The notes under the pieces: generated by a model
The model's input: the letters and a program-made list of their open reading frames with translations, nothing else
Told to the model about the DNA's origin: nothing
Database searches by the model: none
In this document: in pieces, positions 18,984-27,518 of the stretch
Position numbering within the stretch: position 1 is the first letter of the stretch
How the letters are laid out: each line of letters begins with the position of its first letter
Assembly: GCA_947463065.1 (NCBI GenBank)
Contig: CANHSF010000001.1
Coordinates: 1-54,373, forward strand
DNA from: Flavobacteriales bacterium
GTDB lineage: Bacteria > Bacteroidota > Bacteroidia > Flavobacteriales_D > Sanyastnellaceae
Reading direction: 5' to 3'
DNA: 54,373 bases
Made by a program: the position numbers and the translations under genes

Positions 18984-20753
18984 TTAGTGTTCGATCAACA
19001 ATTTTTTCACCATGCGTTCGCCACCTGCCGGGGATGCTACGGTGTACACTCCCGCCGGCCAGTCGCTCGTGTCTAATCTGCGTGTTCCGCTTGGCGCAAG
19101 CACCTCATCGATGATCAATCGTCCAAGGGCATCGTGCACGCGAATGTGTCGACCCGCTGCACCGTGGACCATCACATAGTCGGTTCCCGGGTTGGGAAAA
19201 ACCGAGATTTCCACAGGCGCATAGGCCATGGCTATGGTGTTGGAGAACAAATAGGATCCATCAGAAAAATAAGCCTTGATGCGGTAATAACTGTTGCCCA
19301 AGAATGGATACGCCACATGCCGCGAAAGCACTTGTGCACCTTGTGTGCTCCACTCCACTTCCCACACTTGTCCATTCCAACTGCGTTGCACCTCATAACG
19401 CATCACTGCCAAATCACCCACATGCTGCCACACCAGTGCATGCCCTTGTTCATCGCGACCCTCGAGATGCACCGCCTCAGTAGCCAATACACTGGCGCAT
19501 TGAATCGAAGCCGTTCCAAAAAAATCGAGCACCACATTGGCGGTCACAAAACTGTAATTGCTCAAGCAAATTACAAATTGTTCGCCCGCCAATACGTTGA
19601 GGGGCGGACCATAATTCCCAGGATCGCCGCCCGCAGGAATAGAACTGGCCAATCCAGTGCCCCCAATGGAGGTGGCATTCCACAGACAACGTGCCGGTGG
19701 TACAATATTGTTAGCGATATCGCTGCAACCCGATACGGGATTGTATGGCCACATGGACCAATCGTACAGACCGAATTGTCCGCCATTGCTATTCTGGCCA
19801 AAGCTAAAAGCCAATGTACCACTCGTGGCAACGGTAAAGGTGATCCAATGGCTGTTCAATTCTCCAGCCAATAAGCAACCCGCATCGGTGCCTCCCCAAG
19901 GTGGACCAGCGCCAAAACTCGGATTGGACAAAGAACCCGGCGAGGGCACGTCCACAAAAGTGCCCGAGCCTGTGGGCGTTAGGGCAAATGAAAACCCATC
20001 GCATGCACAAGCAGCAGCTACACAATCGGCAGTCGGCACTTGGTTGCCACAAGCTCCACTGCCCGGTCCAGTTCCACCGCCTCCGCCGCCGCCAGGTGTT
20101 GTATCGGTGCAATCCAATCCGCCGATCGAAACCACGGCATAACCGTAATCGCCCGAAACAAGCGTGCCCGTAGCGACTAGATCATTGTTTTCGTCGGTGA
20201 TTTCGAACACGGCATCATTCCAACCGTTGGACGCTGCATCAAACATTTCCATGATGTAACATCCAGGAGCGAGACACACATCGAGATTGGCATCTGCGCC
20301 GCCACTCAACACCAATGCTCCGCCCAATGTCAATTGCCAACTGATTTGTGCGGGAAAATCACCATCATCGACTTGCACATTGAACGCACTTGTTCCAACG
20401 TTGCACCCACCGTTGCCTCCGCCAGCGCAATCACCTGTGCCCAATTCAAATGTATCGGTACCGAAATTACCGTCATTCAAATTGGTATCCCACGAAAAGC
20501 TTCCCGCAAGATCCTCAATAAACCAATCTACGCAATCCCATCCATCGCCTCCTGTATCCAACATGTTCAAGGTGTAACAGTCATCGGGCAAACAAACCTC
20601 CTCATTGAAGGCCGAACCGCCCATCAACCAAATAGTACCATCGCTACCGAGCAATTGCCAAGAGATTTGATCGGCACTGGTACATCCCGAGGCAATCGTT
20701 ACAAACACCGTGTAATTGGTGCATTGCGCATGGGACCATCCAGCCACAAGCAT
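18984..20753 (-). CDS. T9SS cargo protein with duplicated Cys-containing N-terminal module and C-terminal sorting domain
   Basis: 589 aa. The C-terminus matches the type A T9SS CTD (ISVFPNPGTDYVMVHG...WPAGVYTV...KKLLIEH). The real start may be an in-frame ATT at 20778-20780 (see findings). Confidence 0.8.
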   Translation of the reverse strand: MLVAGWSHAQCTNYTVFVTIASGCTSADQISWQLLGSDGTIWLMGGSAFNEEVCLPDDCYTLNMLDTGGDGWDCVDWFIEDLAGSFSWDTNLNDGNFGTDTFELGTGDCAGGGNGGCNVGTSAFNVQVDDGDFPAQISWQLTLGGALVLSGGADANLDVCLAPGCYIMEMFDAASNGWNDAVFEITDENNDLVATGTLVSGDYGYAVVSIGGLDCTDTTPGGGGGGGTGPGSGACGNQVPTADCVAAACACDGFSFALTPTGSGTFVDVPSPGSLSNPSFGAGPPWGGTDAGCLLAGELNSHWITFTVATSGTLAFSFGQNSNGGQFGLYDWSMWPYNPVSGCSDIANNIVPPARCLWNATSIGGTGLASSIPAGGDPGNYGPPLNVLAGEQFVICLSNYSFVTANVVLDFFGTASIQCASVLATEAVHLEGRDEQGHALVWQHVGDLAVMRYEVQRSWNGQVWEVEWSTQGAQVLSRHVAYPFLGNSYYRIKAYFSDGSYLFSNTIAMAYAPVEISVFPNPGTDYVMVHGAAGRHIRVHDALGRLIIDEVLAPSGTRRLDTSDWPAGVYTVASPAGGERMVKKLLIEH

Positions 20754-20989
20754 AAAAGATATGTAAACTAAAAAGCGAATGGTTGTTGTCGGTTAAAGGT
20801 TCCGTTATAAGCATTCCGTCATCTTCATCTGCCTGAAGATATTGGAGGCTGACTGCGCGAACAGCGGCCAATTCATTCGGACTGCTAATCAGGATGGCTA
20901 TACCGACACAAGTTTAATACAAATCAGCAATGCTCGAACCGATTGCACCGCCGAGTGAGAAAAAATGCCCTTTCAACGGGACACAACCA

Positions 20990-22645
20990 TCAATCGTTCA
21001 AATAAGCCAACTTGCACTGGTACGCACCCTCAGTGACAAGCCTTTCGCCAACTTTTAGCCCACTCTCAATTACAGTGTTTTGCCCGTTGTTTCGCCCCAA
21101 TGCCACATATCGTACCTCGAGCAATTCGGCTCCCTTTTTCACGATGATGGCAGGACGACCTTGCAACTCCGTGACCGCGCTGTTGGGTGCAGCTACAACT
21201 CCATCGCTCACACCGGCGTACACCCAAAGGTTGACAAACTCCCCAATTTTAAAATCGCCATTCGCATTGTCCAATTCAAAAATCACCTTTTGGGATTGAT
21301 TGGCCGAATTGAATTCCGACCCCATGCTCAGCAACCGCACGCCATCGGAGGTGTGATTGCCATCGGTGCATTGCGCCAAGAACTTCGAAGCACTCTCAAT
21401 CATGCTGATATCGCGCTCGAAAGCTTGGGTCTCGATATACACTTTATCGATGTTTGTGATGGTCATCAACTCTTGACCTCCATTGACAAAATCTCCAACT
21501 TGAAAAGTAAATGGCGCGACAATGCCAGAAATCGGCGCTTTAACAGTCAACGACTTTCCGTTTCCGTCGTACAATTCCATGTTGTTCTTGGCAATGGTGT
21601 ATGCGGATTCCGCTGCTTCCAATTCCTTTTTGGAGACAATGTCGCCTACTTTGCGCAACCGTTCAACTTCCGATTTCAATCGCACAAGTTCTTCTCTCAA
21701 TCGATTGCGCTCCGCCTGCAAAGCCAACTCTCCTGCTGGATCCATGGTGCGCTCCACCAAGGCCAATACGCTCCCTGCAGCAACAGCTTCTCCGGGACGC
21801 ACCTTCAACTGGGTGATCTTGCAATGTTGCGGCAACACAACATGAGACTGCCCACCAAGGGATGGAATAACCGTTCCATAAAGTTTTCGACCATCTTGAT
21901 ACGAAGATTCACCTGCCACCTCGGTCAGCACCTGCATCAAAAACTGACTTTCTTTGGCCAGTTCAAACTCCTGCCCGTGCAAACCCGTGTTGACCTTTTT
22001 TGGTTCGGTCGGTGCTTCATGTGCCCGCGCTGTATCCATTTCAAACAAGGGCAAAGCGAGCAACAAAGCCACTGCCACCATTTGTTTTTGGTACTTGCGC
22101 ACAGCAGTATAACGGCCTAGCAACAAGCCCAAAATCAGCAAACCTCCTCCCGTGAGATACATCCACAAATGATTGTGTTCGTGCTCTGCAGCATGAGCTG
22201 TGTGGTAATGCGCAAAGTCAACTCCCGATAAGGAAAAACTGAACTGCTCTTGATTGAATAGAAAACCGCAAACCAAATCGAATTTTTTTTCTTCCGGCAT
22301 AGTGGTCTGCACCGCATAGATGCCCAACTCCTTCTCGCTCAAGGCAAAGGTTTGATCGCCGCCAGCAACATACGCCAAGGAGACTCCCTCGACACGAATG
22401 GGCATATTGGTTTTGTAATCGGAGACGTACAGCCGCATCTCCAGCGGTTGGCCAGGTTCAACGGGCATAAACTTCAACAACACTTCAAATCGGCCATCGC
22501 TTGCCTCTGTGCGACTGGCCATAAGTGTTTCTTTTGGAACCTCCTGTTCCTCGCCATGCGAATGGCCCTCGTGTGCCCAGCTCACCAGTGTAAGCTGACT
22601 CAACACAAGCAGTAAAAATATTTGGATATATGCTATGCTTTTCAT
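20990..22645 (-). CDS. efflux RND periplasmic adaptor (HlyD/CusB-like) with about 235-aa N-terminal His-flanked domain and TM hairpin
   Basis: Start chosen at ATG 22643-22645, giving signal peptide MKSIAYIQIFLLLVLSQLTLVSWA. The C-terminal 320 aa show the typical adaptor layout: lipoyl-like (KVRPGEAVAAGSVLALVE), coiled coil, then beta-barrel (LTVKAPISGIV). Confidence 0.85.
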   Translation of the reverse strand: MKSIAYIQIFLLLVLSQLTLVSWAHEGHSHGEEQEVPKETLMASRTEASDGRFEVLLKFMPVEPGQPLEMRLYVSDYKTNMPIRVEGVSLAYVAGGDQTFALSEKELGIYAVQTTMPEEKKFDLVCGFLFNQEQFSFSLSGVDFAHYHTAHAAEHEHNHLWMYLTGGGLLILGLLLGRYTAVRKYQKQMVAVALLLALPLFEMDTARAHEAPTEPKKVNTGLHGQEFELAKESQFLMQVLTEVAGESSYQDGRKLYGTVIPSLGGQSHVVLPQHCKITQLKVRPGEAVAAGSVLALVERTMDPAGELALQAERNRLREELVRLKSEVERLRKVGDIVSKKELEAAESAYTIAKNNMELYDGNGKSLTVKAPISGIVAPFTFQVGDFVNGGQELMTITNIDKVYIETQAFERDISMIESASKFLAQCTDGNHTSDGVRLLSMGSEFNSANQSQKVIFELDNANGDFKIGEFVNLWVYAGVSDGVVAAPNSAVTELQGRPAIIVKKGAELLEVRYVALGRNNGQNTVIESGLKVGERLVTEGAYQCKLAYLND

Positions 22646-22653
22646 GATGTAAA

Positions 22654-23859
22654 CTAATTGTAATAATTTAAAGTTGAACGCAACAAAAACATTTCCTTCT
22701 TGAGTTGCAACCATTGTTCGCGTTCCATAAAACTTTGATCGATCAGAAGTACAAATGCGGTAAAGTCAATTTCACCCACCTCGAGCAAACGGGATGCATC
22801 CAACACCACAGCACTTTTTTCCCCCAATGCAACTTCAGTTGAGAGTTGTTCCAAGCCTTGCATCTGCATTGTGGACGATTGAATAATGGACACCCGTTGT
22901 TGTTCCTCAAACTGCAATCGCGAATTCAAGGCATTGTAGGCCTGCTGCGACGATTTGATCTTGGCCCGATGCGACCACCACCAGACGGGTACAGTAACAC
23001 CTACTTGAAATCCATAAAAGGCGGGATTGCCACGTGGCCCTTGGTTCATGTAACCCAGCATCAATCCAGGCAAAGCCTGCTGTTTGGCCATTCGAACAGC
23101 TCGCTCCGATTGCTCCAATTGAAAAGACGAGGACTTGAGATACAGTTCTCCTTGACCCTTGGTCTTGTCCTGATACTGCCAAACATCCAAAGCTATCGGA
23201 CACGACAGTGTATCCCAGGCACTCCACCGATTCAATTGCCCTATGCTCTGCGCCAATTCGCGCTCCGCAAGCAGGCGCTTGATGCGCATGCTATTGGCCT
23301 TTTGCACAGCCATGTCACGCGTCAGTTTGCCGATAATGCCTTTTGAAAACAACTCTTCGCATTGCTGTTCCAATTGGTGCAAAACACTATCCTGATCGCG
23401 CGTCAGCTTGCAGTATGCCAATTGATAACTTGTTTCAATGTACATTCTCTCCAACTGATACTCCGCTTGGCCCAGACGCAAGTTGAAATCGACCTCGGCC
23501 AACGACTGCATGGTCTTGTTTTGGCGATGCTGCAACACATAACGCATTGGAAAATCGAAGGTTTGTGTTACACCCAAAGTCATAAACTGACCGGTTGGAC
23601 TCTCCATCGAAAGCATGGGATTGGGTAGGCCATTCATGCCAACAGCTTCCCATTTTTGGGCTTCCAACAGCGATTTTTCCGCCTTGACATACAGCGAATG
23701 CTCGCGCATTTGGGCAATGCATTCGTCCACGCTTACCACGCGCTGGGCGGCAACAGAATGCACGAAAAACAACCCGGCCACGAGTGCCAAAAAACTCCAC
23801 CTCCAATTCCGATAAGCATTGATTCGGACTCTGGTGTGCCAGTTATGGTGTATGCTCAT
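22654..23859 (-). CDS. TolC-family outer membrane efflux protein
   Basis: 401 aa with a signal peptide and two repeated helical-hairpin halves. It sits between the RND pump and the adaptor, and its start overlaps the pump stop by 4 nt. Confidence 0.8.
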   Translation of the reverse strand: MSIHHNWHTRVRINAYRNWRWSFLALVAGLFFVHSVAAQRVVSVDECIAQMREHSLYVKAEKSLLEAQKWEAVGMNGLPNPMLSMESPTGQFMTLGVTQTFDFPMRYVLQHRQNKTMQSLAEVDFNLRLGQAEYQLERMYIETSYQLAYCKLTRDQDSVLHQLEQQCEELFSKGIIGKLTRDMAVQKANSMRIKRLLAERELAQSIGQLNRWSAWDTLSCPIALDVWQYQDKTKGQGELYLKSSSFQLEQSERAVRMAKQQALPGLMLGYMNQGPRGNPAFYGFQVGVTVPVWWWSHRAKIKSSQQAYNALNSRLQFEEQQRVSIIQSSTMQMQGLEQLSTEVALGEKSAVVLDASRLLEVGEIDFTAFVLLIDQSFMEREQWLQLKKEMFLLRSTLNYYN

Positions 23860-26800
23860 AGTTCAATCCTCCTCTGTTTTTTAAGATAATCTTGAATGGC
23901 CGACTCGCCGAAAAGTTTGAAGACTGCAGGTGTTACGACCATGTCCAGTAAAGTGGACGACATCAAACCGCCGAGAATGACCGTAGCCACGGGATACAAA
24001 ATTTCCTTACCGGGCGCTTGAGCATCCAAGGTTAAGGGAATCAGTGCCAAAGCAGCCACCATGGCCGTCATCAACACGGGCACCAATCTTTCCAAGGAAC
24101 CTCGAATGATCATTCGGTCGCCAAACTGCTCGCCCTCGTGTTCGATCAAATGCACGTAATGCGAAATCATCATAATGCCGTTGCGCGAGGCTATTCCAGT
24201 CAAGGTCACAAATCCTACCAGTGTAGCAATGCTGAATGTTCCGCCTGTTAAGGCCACGGCAATAACACTTCCAATGAGCGCTAAGGGCACATTGCACATT
24301 ATTTGCAACACAATACGCCAAGAGTTAAAATGCATGTACAACACCAGAAAAACGCCGACCAACGCTAGCAAGGCCATCCAGACCAACTGTCGGTTGGCAG
24401 CGGTTTGTGATTCGTATTGTCCTGCAAACACAAGGTAAGCTCCCTCTGGCACTTGCACTTCCCGACCTATGCGCTCCTTCAACTCTTGCACCGTCGCGGC
24501 CAAATCTCTTCCATCGACATTGCACGATACAAACATTTTGCGCTGACCATTTTCGTGGGCTATGGTATTGATGGAATAGGTGTACTCAATTTGAGCAATG
24601 CGTTCCAGCGGGATCAACGTGCCATCGGGCGCATCAATCAAGGTTTGGCGAATATGCTCAATATTGGTTCTTCCCTCTTCGGTGGTTCTCAGAAGAACAT
24701 CAAACGACTTGCTTCCTTCAATGATCTGTCCAGTGCGCAATCCATTGTAAAACACCTCGAGGTCTTTAGCGACTTTTCCTGCTTGCAGACCATATCTTTT
24801 GAGTGCTTCGCGATCAATTTTAATGAGCAACTGGGGCACCATCTGCTGGCGCTCCATCTGCACATCGGTTGTTCCAGGAACATTTCGCATTGCTGTTTGC
24901 ACCTGTTCGGCAACAGCGCGCATTTCGTTGAGGTCATGACAAAAAACTTTGACCGCTACTTGCGCCTTTACTCCGCTCAACAGATGCTCTACCCGGTGCG
25001 AAATGGGCTGTCCAATGCCGATAGATACCCCTTCGAGAATGCGCAACTCCTTTCGAATATCGGCGATAATTTCATCGCGTTTGCGATCGACCTCCGCATG
25101 CAACACCACATCAATTTCACTGTTGCTCACGGGCTCGGTATGCTCGTCCAATTCAGCTCGCCCCGTCCTGCGCGCAACGCTTTTGACCTCGGGAACGCGC
25201 AAAATCACGCGCTCGGCCAAATGGCCAATTCTGTTGCTCTCTTCCAATGATGTTCCAGCGGGTGCGTAGAGATTCACGGTAAAACTTCCCTCGTTGAATG
25301 GCGGTAAGAACTCCGAACCAAAAAAAGGAACAACACTAAAAGCAGCCAACACAAGCACGATGGCTCCAGCGACGATGGATTTGGGGTGCCGCAGGGTGTA
25401 TGCCAACAAACGCGTATCTTGTCGTTTCAATAATCGCACAAGCGGTGAATCCTCGTTGCGGTGCTTCATTTTACTCCCGGTTAACAGATAACTGCACAAC
25501 ACCGGAGTCACGGTGAGCGACACCAACAATGAAGCGAGAATGCTGGTGATATAGGCGATGCCCAAAGGCGCAAAGATTTTGCCTTCGATGCCTTGCAAAT
25601 AAAACAGAGGAATGAACACAAGCACCACGATGATGGTGGCAAAAACAATGGAGTTGCGCACCTCGCTGCTGGCATCAAAAATTACGCGGACCTGAGCAGC
25701 ATGATAACCGAGCGGCGACTCATCATCGTTCCTCGGCCGACGAGCTCGAAACTCCATCAATCTGCGATGTACATTTTCGACATCTACAATAGCGTCATCC
25801 ACCAGCTCACCAATAGCGATGGCCAATCCGCCTAGAGTGAGCGTATTGATCGAAATACCAAACCACTTGAAAACAATCGCCGTGATCACAATCGATAGCG
25901 GAATTGCGGTCAGCGTGATGATGGTCGTTCGGAAGTTGAGCAGGAAAACAAAGAGCACAATGATCACCAGCACGAAACCATCGCGCAAGGCTTCTTCCAC
26001 ATTGTTGATGCTGTTTTCAATAAAGTGTTTTTGCTGAAAAATTTCCGGGTTCACCTCCACGCTTGGTGGCAACGAAGACTTGAGTTCTTCCAGCGCTTTG
26101 ATCACTTCCGCTGTCAATTGCACCGTGTTGGCCCCAGGTTGCTTCTCCACCGTGAGGATCACCGCTGGAGCGCCATTTACACCCGCATCTCCACGTTTCA
26201 CGGCAGCACCCATTTTTACTTCGGCTACTTGATCCAACAAAACAGGCAGGCCCGCTTGATTGCGCAGCACCGTTTGCTTGAGATCGTTCAACGATTCGGC
26301 GCGCGCAACATTGCGAATAAACACTTCGGAGCCATACGAGTTAAAAAAACCCCCCGTGCTGTTGTTGGTGCTCAATTGCAGCGCCTGCTCCACATCATCG
26401 ATGGTGAGCTGAAATTGTTTCAGTTTTTGAGAAGACACGAGCACTTGAAATTGATTTCGTTCACCTCCGATAGCAATGACTTGGCTCACCCCTTTGATGG
26501 CCATCAATCGGCGCCGTATGGTGAAATCGCTCAATGTGCGCAAGGTGCTCGGCGGGACGGAGTCGGAACTCACGGCGATCGCCATAATTTGACCCATGAT
26601 GCTGCTCACGGGCCCCATCACCGGTGTGATTCCTTCGGGCAATTGGACGGTCTGGAGTTTCTCGGCCACCATTTGTCGCGCTCGATACACATCGGTTCCC
26701 CATTCGAATTCGACGTACACCATACCCAAGCCAATACCCGAGTTGCTGCGTACATCTTCAACGCCTGGTGATCCATTGAGTGCTGTTTCTACAGGCAGCA

Positions 26801-26996
26801 CAACCTGTGTTTCTATTTCTTCTGGCGCCATTCCATTGGCTTCCAGAAATAAAGTTACTCGCGGACGATTCAGATCGGGCAAGACGTCGACTGGCAAATA
26901 CGCCAGTGTAAATGCGCCATACACCAGCAACAGCGCTGCCAGTGCTACCACCATCATTCGGTTGTTGAGCGAGAACCGTATAATTCGGTTCAACAT
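23856..26996 (-). CDS. CusA/CzcA-family heavy-metal efflux RND transporter
   Basis: 1046 aa. The N-terminus is MLNRIIRFSLNNRMMVVALAALLLVYG...LPVDVLPDLNRPRVTLF. Twelve-TM RND layout with two large periplasmic loops. Metal specificity cannot be determined by eye. Confidence 0.95.
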   Translation of the reverse strand: MLNRIIRFSLNNRMMVVALAALLLVYGAFTLAYLPVDVLPDLNRPRVTLFLEANGMAPEEIETQVVLPVETALNGSPGVEDVRSNSGIGLGMVYVEFEWGTDVYRARQMVAEKLQTVQLPEGITPVMGPVSSIMGQIMAIAVSSDSVPPSTLRTLSDFTIRRRLMAIKGVSQVIAIGGERNQFQVLVSSQKLKQFQLTIDDVEQALQLSTNNSTGGFFNSYGSEVFIRNVARAESLNDLKQTVLRNQAGLPVLLDQVAEVKMGAAVKRGDAGVNGAPAVILTVEKQPGANTVQLTAEVIKALEELKSSLPPSVEVNPEIFQQKHFIENSINNVEEALRDGFVLVIIVLFVFLLNFRTTIITLTAIPLSIVITAIVFKWFGISINTLTLGGLAIAIGELVDDAIVDVENVHRRLMEFRARRPRNDDESPLGYHAAQVRVIFDASSEVRNSIVFATIIVVLVFIPLFYLQGIEGKIFAPLGIAYITSILASLLVSLTVTPVLCSYLLTGSKMKHRNEDSPLVRLLKRQDTRLLAYTLRHPKSIVAGAIVLVLAAFSVVPFFGSEFLPPFNEGSFTVNLYAPAGTSLEESNRIGHLAERVILRVPEVKSVARRTGRAELDEHTEPVSNSEIDVVLHAEVDRKRDEIIADIRKELRILEGVSIGIGQPISHRVEHLLSGVKAQVAVKVFCHDLNEMRAVAEQVQTAMRNVPGTTDVQMERQQMVPQLLIKIDREALKRYGLQAGKVAKDLEVFYNGLRTGQIIEGSKSFDVLLRTTEEGRTNIEHIRQTLIDAPDGTLIPLERIAQIEYTYSINTIAHENGQRKMFVSCNVDGRDLAATVQELKERIGREVQVPEGAYLVFAGQYESQTAANRQLVWMALLALVGVFLVLYMHFNSWRIVLQIMCNVPLALIGSVIAVALTGGTFSIATLVGFVTLTGIASRNGIMMISHYVHLIEHEGEQFGDRMIIRGSLERLVPVLMTAMVAALALIPLTLDAQAPGKEILYPVATVILGGLMSSTLLDMVVTPAVFKLFGESAIQDYLKKQRRIEL

Positions 26997-27051
26997 AAAA
27001 ATTAAATTTAATAAATAAGATAAATGAAGTATAGCCGCTATCGGCAGTAAT

Positions 27052-27429
27052 TTATCCTATTTTCGGCGGTTGCCAGATTTCTGCGGCGACTTTGCGAATG
27101 TGCGGGCTGGTGTAGTATGCGTTTTTGGGACACGATTGGGGTCCTGCAAAACCTTTTTCCAACTGAAGTACAGCAAATGTTGCCTCTACGACCACAGGAT
27201 GAAAATCGACATGTTGAAAGGGAAGATCGGCATGGGCATCGCGTTGATCGCAGTGGAAATGTTCAGCACAATAATGCTCGTGGATGTAGGCGAAGATATG
27301 GATATCCGGGTTGCTATCTTGATGCGTTAAAAAGTGTGATACCAGTGCTTGCAGCTTGACAAGCTCCGAAAGATTGACGTATCCCGTCAAGAATATCGTC
27401 AACAGAAAGATGGCTCCCAATCTACGCAT
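27052..27429 (-). CDS. small His-rich membrane-anchored protein, first gene of the metal efflux operon
   Basis: 125 aa. N-terminal TM/signal segment is LGAIFLLTIFLTGYV. The dense His/Cys segment is HFLTHQDSNPDIHIFAYIHEHYCAEHFHCDQRDAHADLPFQHVDFH. It ends 55 nt upstream of the pump gene. Confidence 0.65.
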   Translation of the reverse strand: MRRLGAIFLLTIFLTGYVNLSELVKLQALVSHFLTHQDSNPDIHIFAYIHEHYCAEHFHCDQRDAHADLPFQHVDFHPVVVEATFAVLQLEKGFAGPQSCPKNAYYTSPHIRKVAAEIWQPPKIG

Positions 27430-27434
27430 AACTA

Positions 27435-27442
27435 CAAAATTA
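27435..27442 (-). promoter_or_regulatory. candidate -7 promoter box (TAATTTTG on minus strand)
   Basis: Exact TAnnTTTG match 5 nt upstream of ATG 27429, which implies a leaderless or near-leaderless operon transcript. Confidence 0.35.
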
Positions 27443-27518
27443 GGAATTCTTCAGCCAAAGTCACGATATATGGTCCGTATTTTTTAAATTGCCATCCTAT
27501 TTCTAGCGCTATCCCCCA

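Noticed and set aside
22283-22290. A8/T8 homopolymers inside coding regions (adaptor gene 22283-22290; 7838-7845 in the large OM protein gene) as phase-variation sites.
   Set aside because: They lie mid-gene in housekeeping-type or operon-internal genes and encode Lys-Lys. Tracts of 8 are common by chance in this composition. Only the two 9-nt tracts at 5' ends were kept as findings.
21080-26771. Several 250-350 aa plus-strand ORFs inside the efflux operon (21080..22120, 24417..25250, 26025..26771).
   Set aside because: All are antisense to genes with clear RND or adaptor homology and have the typical shadow-frame composition.
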